Below are positions 21,381-39,057 of a stretch of DNA of 64,000 nucleotides, piece by piece. A model generated the notes under the pieces. It had not been told where the DNA came from and ran no database searches. It was given only the letters and a program-made list of their open reading frames with translations. Position numbers and translations under genes: made by a program. This stretch comes from the human T2T-CHM13v2.0 reference genome, Homo sapiens, in assembly GCF_009914755.1 (NCBI RefSeq), contig NC_060926.1, one strand, 5' to 3'. The number at the start of each line of letters is the position of its first letter. The stretch's first letter is position 1.

Positions 21381-22560
21381 AAGACAGCAAGTCCCTGAGC
21401 ACTGACCTAGAGCTCTCTCTTAAAGAAAGCCAAATCCAGTTTCAGAGATAAGCCTGCAGATGGAGGCTAAATAGCTGTGATTGATGAATAGAAAGATGAT
21501 AAATTAGTTAAGGTAGCTACAAGTCAGAGGAAAAAAACTGACTCATGTCTTAGCCTGGTTTCCCTAAAGGGAAGCCTTTGGCAAAGGCTTGTGTCAATAT
21601 TTCACTAGGGATTCCAGTTCCAGGGAATACGAGTGAAGTTAGTGAGACAGGAAAGGAGAGTCAAAATGAGGGTGCATTACCTGGGTAGCCATTACTTGCA
21701 ATCAAGCTGACTGATTGCTTGATAACATGAAACTCTCTTTGAAGAAGCCATATACATGACTATTTCTCAGAACTTTCCAATTGAGGTAGAAAGGGAGAAT
21801 TTGTTAGCTGATTTCTGTCTCCCTCCACTCAAATTTCTGCCCTACAGGGTATTAATTCACCCATCTGTCTGAGTTGCACATGCCTAAATATGAGAGCAGT
21901 CACACTGTCTCTCTTGACTTATTGCCAACAGGCAAGCTCTGGGACACCTGAAGAAATCGGTGGTCACGAGGCAAGATGGTTTTGAGTTGTGCCTCCATAG
22001 AGTTGTTTTGGCTCCACGCTGAGTTGGCCCACCATCTTTTCACTCGCTTTCCTCATTCTCATTGTGTCAGATTTTATCTCAGACCAGACCCTTCATGCTT
22101 GCAAGAGGCTGCAGCAGTTCCAAGGATTGTATCTAGAAGGTTTCTTTCTGCATTGTCTTCCTTATTGAGGAAATCCTTTCAAAATATTTCCAGAAGGCTT
22201 CTAATTGGGTACCCTTGGCCAGAATTGAGTCACATGCCCATCTCTAAATAACAAGTAAGAGAAATGAGATTACTGTAACTGAATTACTAGAACCAGGGTA
22301 TATTCCCTGAGGCTTGTGGTAGGAGCAGTTTTCCCTGAAATGCATGATAGGTTGTAGAGGGGATGGTAAACTGCATATAATTAGGGTTCTATTAGGAAGG
22401 AAGAAAGGAGGATTAAGAGGATAGATAGACAACACAGAGTATCTGCCATAGATTTAAAGGCAAAGATCGAAGATCACATGGATTATGCCTGTATTCTATT
22501 TTCAATAGAAAACCAGGAACATTTTTCTTCTTGAAAAATCTTCCTGACTTTAATATAAAC

Positions 22561-22636
22561 CATCCATCTATCCATCCATCCATCCATCCATCCATCCATC
22601 CATCCATCCATTTATCCATCCACCTATTTATCCATT
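22561..22636. repeat. (TCCA)n microsatellite
   Basis: Direct reading. Confidence 0.95.
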
Positions 22637-23640
22637 TTTTTCCACTTGTATTATTTTTTACACATATTAATTGCCTTGATGCTGTGAATAAGCACAGAAT
22701 CACCTAGAATCTGATTTATGTGTATCTGTTGTAAGTAGACTTTCATAGACGTTTCATTTTGTTACTAATCTTCTTTCAGATTCTGTGCCTAAGGGATCTG
22801 TCACACGAAGTGCAACTAGTTTAGTTGCTAGAAGGCTATTCCTTTTCTCTGTGTGCCAATCAATTTAGTATCAGCATCCCTGCACGATACTGGCCAAGCA
22901 AAGTCAGACACTGGCGAAGCTTAGCCTCTTTATCAATCTGAAGGATAGTCCTGAATGCTCATATTAAGTAGGTCGCTTTAGAAGTTACCAAACATCCAAA
23001 CTTAATGACTTCCTTTTAAAGAAATGACATGTAAAATTTGCTCATTTGATATTCCTTCAATGACCTTGTGGACTTTTCAAACTGAAAAGTTTCAAACTGA
23101 AAAGTCCAGGATGCAACTCTGGACCTCCACCCCTCCCCCACAAATGTGTTCCTCTTCCCAGTCTTCATCCTCTCAGTCAATGGCATTGAACACTTATTGC
23201 CCACTGTAAGAAAGGGGCAAGCATCTTATTCTCCTTCTTCCTCATCTTTCTCTTTTAGTCCAACAGCAAGACCTATGACTCCTATTTCCAAAAATAGATC
23301 TGGAATCTGTCCCTCCGTTCCTATTGTGGCCACTGTGGTCCTCCTCCAGGATCTCTCCCCTGAGCTACTGCAGTAGCTTCCTCGGTGGACTTTTTATACT
23401 CCTTCTTCTCTTCTTCCAGTGTATTCCCTTCACAGCAATCAGGGTAATCTTTTGAACATACAAATCAGGTAATGCTACTCTCTGCTTAAATCCCCTCATG
23501 GCTATACAATACACTTTAAATAAACTTCAAACTCCTAATTACCTAGGAAGCCCTAAATGATCTGACATTTGCCTATCCCTACAAATCCATCTCAACCTGT
23601 ATTCCCTCTAGCCAACTGGAGTCTAGCATTGCCGGCCTTC

Positions 23641-23995
23641 TGTATTAGTCCATTTTCACACTGCTATAAGTGTATGTAATTTATAAAGAAAAGAGGTTTA
23701 ATTGACTCACAGTTCTGCATGGCTGGGGAGGCCTCAGGAAACTTACAATCATGGTGGAAGGCAAAGGAGAAGCAAGCACCTTCTTCACAAGGTGGCAGGA
23801 GAGAGAGAAAGAGTGAAGAAAGCCACATGCTTTTAAACCAACAGATCTTGAGAAAACTCACTCACTCTCATGAGAACAGCAAGGGGGAAATCCGGTCCTA
23901 TGATCCAACAGGCTCCCACCACATCCCTACCCTGACACATGGGGATTACAATTTGACATGAGATTTGGGTGGGGACACTGAGTCAAACCATATCA
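23641..23995 (-). mobile_element. MST/THE1 MaLR solo LTR
   Basis: tgtattagtccattttcacactgctataa...caaaccatatca; TSD CCTTC; inserted in L2-like sequence. Confidence 0.85.
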
Positions 23996-26958
23996 CCTTC
24001 TTCTCTCTTCCTGGAGCACATCAACTGATCTTCCAAGGACTCTGAGAATACCCTTCTCTTTGCCATTTTAACTAAGTCAGCTTCATTCCCACCCTCAGAT
24101 CCCTCCGTTGGACTCTTCCCCCCAGAGTTTATAAGTGCATGACAGTGAGAGTTCATGCCCATGTTGTCTACCATTATATATCTAGTTCTAATACAATGCC
24201 TGAAACCTAGAAGGCATTCAATAATGACCTCAAGGCCTTCATATCTGTGTTTTCTGTTCTGAAGTACCCTTCCTCCACATATTCACACCACTTGCTCCTT
24301 CATATCAGTTCCCTGAGCTCCTCTCCCCTGTCACCTCTTCCAAGAGACCTTCCCATCACACTCACCCATAGCTCTCTTTACCTTTAGGTAAGCCTTCATT
24401 ATGTGAACTATTTTATATATTCCCTTAAGGAACATGAGCTCCATGAAGGCAGTGGCTTTGTTCATTGCTTTATGTCCAACACTGAAAGTAGCACTTAGAA
24501 CATAGTGATACTTCATAGACATTTGTTGAATGAATGAATGTAGAAAGCCAGGGAATGTAACATTAAAATCCAAAGTGAAATTGCTGTGAAGAAGACTAGA
24601 AAATAAGTTTGCATTAATTGCCAATTATTAGCAGCGTGAGAACAGACTAATACAAATGCAAACTCATTTTTCAAAAAACTCCCTGATTTAAAAATTACAG
24701 GTATATGTATAAATATATGTGTATGTGTCCATATGTAGACACAGACACATAGTAACAAATTATAACAAACCAGTGTAACAAATCAGTATGGTTTTGTAGT
24801 GTGACAGTTGACTGTAAAACAGTATTAATATGCTTTGTGAAGAACGAAGGGTTGCCGGAAGGTATTATATTATGTGTTTATAATATCTTCCTAGATAGAA
24901 AAAACTATGTAAATCTTTTGTTCCCTTGTCCTATGTGTGCTTTGACTGACCCATGACTACTTGGGCAAATTTTGGACTGCTTCCTTTGGTAGGAAATAAC
25001 TGAGACCATACATTTGTAAGGCATCTATCTGGCCAAGGTCATGGACATAGCCTAGAGCCTTGAAATCATTTTTCTTGGGGAGCTCTAACTAGTGTAAATA
25101 GTGCTCTGGCCAATGACAACCAACCTTTTAGTCTCTGAATCGACATGAAAAAATCTCTTCTTTTGCCAGGGATGGATTTGATCCATAGACCTCAGGACTA
25201 TGGGCTCAGTGTGCTCTGTGTGTCATTCAGCACTGTGCCCTGGCTTCCCTGCCATCATGCACAATGAATGGCTGTGAACAGGTTGGGAGTTGTTGGGAAA
25301 GGCTAAGACCTGTCTTCCCAGTTGATGTGGACCGGACTTTCCTACCAGCTCACATTTGGCAAGAAGATGGCCCTCGATGTGTACAAAGCTCAGATGCAAT
25401 TTTGTCACTGGGTGGGTCAGCTGGCTGCTCACCAGCTTCAGAAAGAATGCAGTGGAACTAGGAAAATCTTTAGGGACAAGAAATAAGAAAGCTCAAGATG
25501 AGAAAGCAGCAAGATCTTTGGAAATTTGGGTATATTGCTGAAAATCTCTCGGAATTGCTGTTATTGGTTCCTGAAAATCTTTTAGGAGAATAGGAACCAT
25601 GAAGAAAAGATAACATAATTAATAACATTTTTGTTGTTGTTCGAGGAAACAAAGCTATAGGTCCCATTTAAATAACCAAACATATTGAGTCAGGTTGATC
25701 AACCGTTCTCCATTTCTTTCCCTACTAAGCCTGAATAAGTGATATAGGTTTAAACTATGGCAGTCAGAGTTTGCATTAAACATAACACATAGCTTCGGGA
25801 CCAGAGTAAACATGCCTCAGTCTTATTTCTTTGTGGGGTGGGCTGGAGAATCTGTGTTTGAATTTGGACTTGCCACGGGGAGGCCCCTCTTCCGTTCTCA
25901 TCTTTTGAATCACCAGGTTCCTTGAGAAGCCAAGATCTGTCTTCCTAGTTGATGTGGACCGGACTTTCCTACCAGCTCACATTTGTCAGGAAGCTGGCCC
26001 TCCATGTGTACAAAGCTCAGGATGGGATCCTGAGGGGACAGGTGGTTTTCTGAAAGACCAGCAGAGGGAGCTAAGAAACAAGAGTTTTTTCCTTTTGTCA
26101 ACTATTCCCAGTGGTTACCGATGTGGATAAACAGTCTTTTCTCTACCAGGTTATGATCTGGAACATATTAAACCAAGATCCAAACACCCCGTAATTTGGC
26201 AAGTGAGTGTGCCTTGTGTATCAGTCACTCTGTGCCTCCCTGAGCCAGCCATGTGGTCTTTGTCTCTGAGTGCTAGGAGGACAAATGCAACACAGGCCAG
26301 TCTATGTGGATGTCTGCACTGCTTTATGATCCTCCTGGGGTGGAGGCAAAGAGAGCAGAACCCAATCGCATTTTGGATTATGAGACTGTTTCGCCAATAC
26401 ATTTCTCCTCAATTCTTTTGTTCTAATAAATTAAAGAATGGCTTTCCTTAAGGTAATAGTGTTAACCCTTCCGAGATGCTTTATAAAAGAGTCTGATGAC
26501 AATCTCTTCATAAAGGAAGCAGCCAATTACCCAGGGCAGATAGCACGGGGTTGATTTTATGTTAGGTCAGTCAGCAAATGGACCAATCAGGTAATTTACA
26601 AATTAAAAAAAAATAGCCATAGAAAGGCAGGAAAAAAATAATAATTCAACCCAGAATTGCAATTGTAAAGAGAAAAAGAAATGCTTTTTAAAAAGTACAT
26701 AAATTTGAATTCTCGAAGAAATTCATCTATGAACAGAATCCATTAAATCTCCAAACAAATGGACTAATAACAATAATTTTGCACTAATGGAAGACCTCCA
26801 GATTATTTCCTGGGCATTAGTGGGGAATGATGACTAGAACCAAATGGAACATAAGTATTATTTGAATCAGTCTTTATTCTTCAGATGTGAATGAAATAAT
26901 GATTATGGACTGAATTGGGCTAAAAATAACTACAGAGCTTTTATTTATTTACTTACAG

Positions 26959-27152
26959 AGTCTCCTGCAATGATTCAGACTTGGCTTTACTGGCTTCTTC
27001 CATAGATAAGCACCAGCCTAGGAGCTCTCAAAGTTGTTCCAGCTAAACGACACACTCAGCTTTTGGTCTACAGTGACTTCCAGCCTAAGTGGCTCTGGAC
27101 ACTGCTGGAACCCCCCGCTCCATCTCCCTCCATAAATATGTCTCTGCAGCAG
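26959..27152 (+). other. Candidate spliced exon; probable distal 5' exon of ARHGAP25 and/or exon of CLN3-like copy B
   Basis: Acceptor tttatttacttacag|AG at 26958 and a perfect consensus donor CAG|GTGAGT at 27152/27153. My unverified recollection is that ARHGAP25 has an alternative non-coding first exon roughly 24 kb upstream of exon 1, which fits this position. Confidence 0.55.
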
Positions 27153-27844
27153 GTGAGTGACAGCTCCTTCTCAGAAGGTCAGAGTCCTCAGTCATCTGGT
27201 GATTTCACAAGGCTCAAATATTTGATCCCTGACATAAACTTGGTGGCTTTTTCTAGTTCTTATATAACTGAGAGTTAGCTAGGGGGCTGCCTGCTGCTTG
27301 AGATGGAGGCAAAATTGGCTTCAACTCTCTAATAAATGGGCCTATGGAAAGTGAAAACCAAGATCTCTGCTACATCTCTCTAGTGTGGACTCACCTTATA
27401 TGGTTCTCAGAGTCTTTTCTGCCTCCTTGGACTTCCACTTCCTCCCTGGTTGTCTAGGTCATCCTATGTCAAACTTGAACTTGGCCTTTTAAGTTTCCAC
27501 CACAACAAAATCATTCATACAGAATGCAGCCCCCTCCCTCTCAATGGCACCCATTTAACTTGCCTTCTTTTCTGTGCTGAATTTGCCGAGGAAATCCAAT
27601 GTCTTCTCCTTTTATTTGTAGTGCATTCAGCTGCTTTCTCTTCAGCCTTGGTGCTGACCTTCATGAACATCCATGGTGCTGGTTGTGGTGGATGGGGGAG
27701 GAATGGAGGTGAATTTTCCCATAAGTCCTTCTCAAAGTATTTCCAAAGGGGAAGAGTGACTTTGCTAAGATAAATTTTGGTGCAAACCACAGGTTGATAT
27801 TTTGCCAACCTCATTATGATGATTTTAACTCAATTATTAGTATT

Positions 27845-27902
27845 TATTTTCATTTTGAGATGGAGTCTTGCTCTGTCACCCAGGCTGGAGTGCAATGGCA
27901 TG
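27845..27902 (-). mobile_element. Severely 5'-truncated Alu
   Basis: 13-bp TSD AATTATTAGTATT (27832-27844 and 27903-27915). Confidence 0.85.
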
Positions 27903-27968
27903 AATTATTAGTATTCTTGAAAGAATAGCTACTCCCACCTCCATTAAGCTCCATTCACAACCTCCATC

Positions 27969-31217
<3,249 letters not shown>

Positions 31218-31639
31218 CACAACCTTCATCCTGATACACAGAAATGCCTGGTTGGAGAAGGGCAAAAAGTTGAAAATATTCCTTAGTAGAAAAAAAATGT
31301 GCACTAAAAAGTATTTTTTATTAAAATACAGAATGAAAGAAAAATACAATGGGTTCAGATGGGCATATGACAATAATAAAATGTCTCACTTCCCTTCCTC
31401 CCCTTCTCTCCCAGCACTCCCCTGAGGTTGCCACTTTTGGACATTTCTGCTTTTAGCTCTTCTGGTGGTTAGAATCATGACTTCCCTGACTGAGAGGCAT
31501 GACTAGCCCTGAGCATGAGGGTGGGGCTTGTGCGCTGGAAGGCTTAACTTGAACCTTGTGAGCAGGAAGTCAGGCTAGAACCACTCCTAAAGTGCCTGGG
31601 GAGGATGGGACTTTTCACTGTTGGTTGCTTCCTCAAATC

Positions 31640-31820
31640 CAGTGGTTCTCGAACTGGAATCCTCAGCACTGCCTGAAAAGTTGGTAGAAATGCAAATTCT
31701 TGGGCCCTACCCCAGACTTATGGAATCAGAACCTTTGGAGGTGGCGCCCAGCAACCCATGTGCTATTTTAACAAATTCTCCAGGCCATTCTGATGCCTGC
31801 TCAAGTTTGAGAAGCCCCGT
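31640..31820. mobile_element. MER5A-like hAT element
   Basis: cagtggttctc...gaaatgcaaattcttgggccc...aagtttgagaa. Confidence 0.75.
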
Positions 31821-33426
31821 TCTAAGACAGCCAATCAAACAACCAAACACCACCACCACCAACAACAAAGAGACAAAACTCATTTCTTCTTCCAGTGATT
31901 GGTTTGGGGTGGGCACGTGACCCTGCTCTGGCTAATGCAGTGCAATGGGAGGCTTGTTTAGGGGCTTCCGGGAGGAGGTCGTGCTCTTGAAAAAGATGCT
32001 TGGGAAGAGTAAGAGGCATTGCACCGGGTGCTTTCCCGTGTAGGTGAGAGGCATGGGGCTGCTACTGCCATCTTGTGGACACACTGAGTGGAGGAGGTGA
32101 ACCGAGGGAAGAACCTGGATGCCTGAGGAATGAATGCCAGAGCCCCAAGAGTAACCATCTGGGAGCCATCCTACTGTGGACTTCTTGTATGATATGTATT
32201 ATTTTTTAAAGTTAAGAACATGTTGAGTTTGGTTTAGCAGTGAGGCACCCGGACACAGTTCCATTCTGGAACTGTATCTCCTCCCAGACATAGATAAGTG
32301 GCTGCCAAGAACAGCTCTCTGGGTAGGCTTGGCCATAAAAGCCACTATTACATGAACAGGTGAGGGCGGTTGGGAGGAGAAATGAATCTACTTCACTCTT
32401 TATTCCATAGGTATTTTCAGTCGTTTTCACACCTGCCATTTCTGAGTCCGGGGCCCTTCTGGCGCCCTGCCCTCTTTCATCCTTCTCTGGGCCATGTTCT
32501 GAGCTGTTGTTCCTTCTGCTAATGTTACTTCCTGAGTGTAATTCCATCCACTGACAGGCTTCCAGAAGTTAATGAAAATCCTTGGCCTGCCCATCCTTTC
32601 CTGTGCCCGCCATTCTTCCTATCTTCCTTACTGCCATCTATTTGGGGAAAGCAGAGAGATAAAGGAGTGTTTGGCTTGCCAACTTGAATGGGAAGGCCCA
32701 GATTGTTTCATTGTTTGCTTTTACTGAGACTTGGTTATCATTCTCCCTTTTCAAAAGAAGAAAGAAAGATGAAATAGTGGAGGAGGAGAGCTGCCCAGCA
32801 AGATTCCCTCTGGGACATCCATGTAACCCTCTTGGAACATACGCTAATGCTATGGAAATGATTCTTAACTCTTCATTTTGTGGCTCCTTCCAAAATGCAG
32901 ACCATTCAAGGTAGATGGGGACACTGTGGTGAGTCAACTTGATGGGGAGGGGCTCTCAGAGCTCCTGAGTTTGCCCTAGATTATATCTATCCTTCCCCGG
33001 AGCTTGGGTGGACATCTTTCTCTCTAAGAAGATGAAGAACATGGGTCCCTTTGCCTTCATAAGTTTGTGAAACTGAAATTTCAGTTGTCCAGCACAAGCA
33101 GATTGAGAATGTATATACATCGTTTTATTCAAACCTTCAACCACATGATGTTATCTTGAGGTAGCACTTACACTGGTGAGAAACCACCGTGGGATCTTAG
33201 GGTCATCTCAGATAGGCGTCCTTATTCTACTGTATAAGTTTTCTGAACCAAACTTCCTTCATTGTGACATGGTTTTGCCACAGCTGGTCGTTCTCTTTAC
33301 TCTTTGATCCTGGTTGAACGATTCATGTAGATTCTATCTCTCTTTAAATGTCAGAATGTGACATTCAATATTTTTCGCAGTATTTGTTTTATGTGTATTC
33401 CTTAATGTTTCTGTTTTAGTTAAATA

Positions 33427-33763
33427 CAGTCACACATCATTTAACAATGAAGATATGTTCTGAGAAATAGGTTGTTAGGTGATTTCAGGTGATTTCATTG
33501 TGCAAATGTCATAGAATATACTTACACAAAACTAGGTGGTACACACCTAGGCCATATGGTACGGGCTATTGCTCCTAGACTACAAATCTGTATAGCGTGT
33601 TACTGTACTGTAGGCAATTGTAACACAGTGGTAAGTATTTGTGCATCTAAACATATCTAAACATAGAAAAGGTACAGTAAAATACAATATTATTATCTTA
33701 TGAAACCACTACTGTATATGGGATCTGTCATCAACAGAAATGTCTTTATGTGGCACATGACTG
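33427..33763. mobile_element. Tigger3/MER7-like DNA transposon
   Basis: TA-cagtcacacatcatttaac...tggcacatgactg termini. Confidence 0.7.
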
Positions 33764-34960
33764 AATACATCAAACCTTAGGTTCATTGCTGTGTGAATCA
33801 GGGACCTCTATGTTAAAAGGCACAGTATGGGAGAAGCATTGTGATCTGGCCCAGGGTCAGGATGTTGAGGCTTTTACTGGCTCTAGAACTGAGTCAATTC
33901 AATCTTTTCTTTTTAAGCTTTAGACACTTCCTCTGCAAAAGACGATAACTTAATCACAGCCTCTGACAGGTTTGTGGAGTTGAGGCTTGACAAGGGTGTT
34001 AGGTAAAAACTGCAGTCTTGCATATGTGAAGCCAAAGGTCTGAGCTGTGAGCAAACCTATCATCACCGCTATTGAGTGACAGCAGTCACTCGGCCTTTCA
34101 CATTCCAACTTAAAAAGCAGATGCATATTCCTATGGCTTTTCTTTGTATAAACACTATCCATAAATCAATGGCAGAAAAGTTCTGGTTTCTTTAAAGTGG
34201 GAGTGAAAACTAAGACATATTTTAAGGTGTTCCAAGTGTAGGGGTTTTTATGAGTCCCCCTTCCACTTACCCACATGTGAATTGACATATTTTTGCCAAT
34301 ATAAATTTATTCTTCCTTTCCAAAGCCATTAACTTAATATTCATAAAAAGAGCTCTGTTTTTTCTTTTGCGCTCATATTTCATTGGTTTAAGTAACCCGC
34401 TTTATCATATAATTAGAATAGTAAGTACGGTTTATATCATCTTGGAATGCATTAGCTGGGCAACAGATAATTTACTTGGTGGGAGTAGAAGTAAATGGTG
34501 TACTACCAGCTGTGAACACTCAGCAGCTACTATGCACTCATCAAAGAGTGTTATAAAGGGTTACAGAGAATTGGGAACTTAGTTAAGGGCAGATTTGTTA
34601 AAAAAAAAAAAAAAGTATCTTCTTTGCCAATCAAATGTGTCCCCTCAAAGTAGACCTCTAGAGCCTGGCTACTCAAAGTCTGATCCAGAGACCAGCAGCA
34701 TCACATCACATTTTCTTTTTCTGGAGGATCTAAGGGGAGAATCATTTTCTCACCTTTCCCAGCTTCTAGAGGCTTCCAGCATTGCCTGATGGCCCCTTTC
34801 TTCCATCTTTCTGAACTTTGTTTTATACTCACACTTTCTACTTCTACAGTCAAATCTCTTCTTACCTCCTTCTTATAAGGGCACACTTGGATAATCCAGC
34901 ATGGCATCCCCATCTCAATATCCTTGACTTAATCGCATCTGCAAAGTACTTTTACCATAT

Positions 34961-35990
34961 TGTGAAATAATAAGAAATATATAAGTGTGTGTGTGTGTGT
35001 GTGTGTGTATGTATAGATAGATAAATAGATAGATACCTAGACAGATAGATAGGTACATAGATACATAGATAGATACATAGATAGAGATATTTGTCTCTGA
35101 CCCTGGTTCCTGACATAGAGCTCCTAAACTTTTCTAATTCCCTAAGTGGTACGGGTACTAGCAGCATCATTTGTTCTAACATTTGGTCTTTGAGTCCAGT
35201 TCCTGACACAGAGCTCTTAAATTTCTTGGTATTTTCTGGGTGATAAGAGTGTCTTTTATTCAAATGAAACAACTCTTGATGAGGCCTTGGATAGCTTTAG
35301 GATAGGGGCTTGTCATCAGAAAGACAAGGCCGTGATTAGAAGCTTAGCACTTTTAATTCCCAACCTTCATTCTCTGGGGAGGGCAGAAGAGCTAGAGATT
35401 GAGTTAGTAATAGATCAAGCCTACATGATGAAGCCTCCAAGAAAAAAAAATTTCCCTCAAGTATGGGTTTTGGAGAGCTCTGGGGTTGGTAAACACATCC
35501 ATGTACCAGAAGTGTGGTGCACCCCAGCTCCACAGGAATAGAAGCTCCTGCACTCAGAGCCCTTCCAGACCTCATCCTATATACCTCTTTATGTCCTTTA
35601 TTATAAAAGAAAATGGCAAACACAATAAGTGTCTCCCTGAGTTTTTTAAACTATTCTAGCAAATTATCAACCCCAAGGAGAGGGTCATGGGAGCCCCAGT
35701 TTATGGCCAGTCTGTTAGAAGCACAAGTGAGAACCCTGGACTTTTGACTGGTGTCTGAAGTGGGGGCAGTTTTGAAAGACTGCGCCCTTCGTCTGTGGCA
35801 CCTGATGCTAACTCCAGGTAGATAGTGTCAGAACCGAATTGAATTGTAGGACACCCAGCTGGTATCAGGGAATTGGTCGACATGGCAAAAAAAAAAAAAA
35901 AGAAAAAAAACCCCACAAAACAAACAAACAAATAAGAACAACGCCCACATTTTGGTGACCAGATGCAAAGTGTTGAAAATGTAGAGGAAA
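34961..35990. mobile_element. MER21-like LTR with (TG)n/(TAGA)n, nested in an MLT1 LTR (~34700-36092)
   Basis: Repeated ttcctgacacagagctc motifs; the flanking MLT1 halves rejoin. Confidence 0.7.
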
Positions 35991-36774
35991 AAAATAACTT
36001 TTTTTTTTCTATATACATGTAAAGGAACACATTCTCATGTTCTAGGGATTAGGATGTGGATATCCTCGGGGGCTGTTATTCAGCCTACCACAACTTTGCT
36101 GTCAGATACCATTTTAAGGTAACTTAATGATTATTAACACTACTGTTTAACAAGTGCCTGCTATGACCCAGGCACTTTACATATACATGAAACCTACTTC
36201 TTATAAGAATACCCCACAGTAGATATTATCACCCTATCCATGTAGATGAGAAGTCTGGGGTTCAGAAATCCCAGTAATGACAGAGCAGGGGTTGGTACCC
36301 AGACCCCCATGGGTCCCAGCCTCTGACCTTCTCTTGGTACCTGACTCACGCCACCATCATAATCACCTGCTTTATTCCCAAACTCAGAATAAGGTACGCC
36401 TATGTCCAGGTTTGTCCAGTGACCTGTCGCGTTCACTGATCTAAAGTCCATGCTTAAAGATTTCCTTTTGAAAAGGAATCTTTAATGTTACATGAAGACC
36501 AAATTGATGGTTTCGGTAAAAAGCCAGAGCAACTTCCTGTGCACTATCAGCTGACTGATCAGGGTTCTTTTCTAGAAATCACACACCCAGTCAGGGAAGG
36601 TCTCCATCTTCAAAATTACAGGAGTTAGACAGAAATGCTGTCCCTTGGCAGGAAGTGGCTTGAGAGATGCCACTCTAATGGGCTTCCTTGATAAACTGTG
36701 CCTTAAGGGTTTAGTGGAGCCATGGGATGAAACTGGGAAAAAACAGGAATTGCAGACATAGAAACATTTCAGTC

Positions 36775-36823
<49 letters not shown>

Positions 36824-38753
36824 GCTCCTATACTTGCTCTGGAAACTTTACTCTGTACAGAGATTAACTTCTTCTTAATTATGTAGCCATTATGTAGCCA
36901 TAATCACTTTGTTGTTGGTATCATCCAAAAGGACAAGTTCTGGATGCATAATGGCCACAGTCTGTTTTTTGCCTTTTCTTCACCTTCCTGATTCCCAAAG
37001 TCCTACAGTAAGGTGGGCAAAAATCTATGTAGTTTTAAAATTTGTAGGCTATTTTCTAATAGACTTTCTCTACGCTAGATGTTTTGGGGCATTTGAAGGT
37101 GATCCCAGTAGATTCCTCTGCTTGACCAAAATTATCTTTCAAAACTGAAATCGATTTTTATCTGGTGTCAGGATTATAACTCCCCCCTCTCCTACCTACC
37201 CCTTACCACAACACAACTTCCTTTCACCTGGTGAGTCTAAGCTGATCAAACTGCATGTGCCATTGTTTGCACACGTACTGGGCCACTGGGCAGGCAAGGA
37301 GGGGCTCCTTAAACCACACCAGAGGTTTTTGGTCCAGAACTGGTCACCACCCTCAGCATGTCACCATGCAGTGCTTTGTGGACTGAAATCCATCTGTACT
37401 CACAGATGTGGCTGAACGCAGAAACACTCAAAGCACCCCCAGACTCCAAAGCCTTACTGTGGCATAATATCCTCATTGCTTTTTCCCTCCTTATGTCCCT
37501 GGAGCTACACATGAAACTTCTTGGGGGCAACTTCAACTAATGCCAACTTGATTAACATTGGAAATAGTTATGTTTCAAATAAAAATGTACACAAGTTTTA
37601 ATTGCACTGGCTACCTCAAATTTTCTGAACAAAGCTTTTTTGCATAAGAGATAAAGGTTGGTGACGCCTTTTATGAAATTGGTCCAAACTCATCAGAACT
37701 AGCAATCAAAAATTAATTCCTTGTTTTATTTTGAATTTTATACTTCATTGTAATGATCGTATTGTATATTTCTGAGCATTAGGTTTGCAACAACTCATGG
37801 ATAAAGTATGGATTTCTGACCTGACCTGTAAGCAAATTACTCCTCCATTCCACACCTCTTTTCTGTGAAAAGGGATGACTTAATCTCTGCCCTATTTACA
37901 TACAAAGTCATGATGACAGTCATGAGAAGGAAGTGGATTTGAAATGGCAATGAAAGTCAAAGTGTTATCTTTGCCAGTGTGTGGACTCAGTTTACATTAA
38001 AGTTACAGGTTCCCACCAGCTCCTCCTCTCCCCAGGAGGTCTGGTGTTCTACGTGTAATCACTCAAGGTGAACCATGACTTTCATATCAGCAGTGAAATC
38101 AGCTGCTCTAGTTATTTCCTGTTCTGGCAGCACCCTGCTGAGCATCTCGTGATTTCAGGAGAGTAGAAGCTGGGTGGTGGAGCAGTCCAGGTTTGTCTTA
38201 AAAATACAGTTCTCCAGCTGTTGTATTGGATTTCCTCTCACAGAAACCTAAGGTCGACAGAGGATTACAAATTTGCCTTTCCATAACTTGGATCCCTTGC
38301 TCTTCTCTAGGTGTCGAGATTATAACTCTCTCCTTTCCTACCTACTCCTTCCCACGACACCACTTCCTCTCAACCAGTGTGTCCAAGCTGATCAAACTGG
38401 GTGTGTCATTGTTCGCACACTTGCTGGGCCATGGGGCAGGCAAGGAGCGGCTCCTTAAACCACACCAAAGGTTTGTGGTCCAGAATTGGTCACCACCCTC
38501 AGCACCTCAGCATGCAGTGCTTTGTGGACAGACAGCGTCCTTTCTCACTCTTTTGAGTGACCCTCCCCAGCTGGCTCAAGTTGGCCTTGCAGCCTGATAG
38601 GCCTTTTAAACAAGGAAAGGAAGGTCTCTCAGCACACTTTAACTTACTAGTTATTCAGCTTATTTTCTTAATAAGCCACAAGCTCTAAGGGCTCTTCAGA
38701 ACTCCTAATTTCAACACTGGAAATTATTTTCTTCTCTTTATTAAGAATTTGCA

Positions 38754-39057
<304 letters not shown>

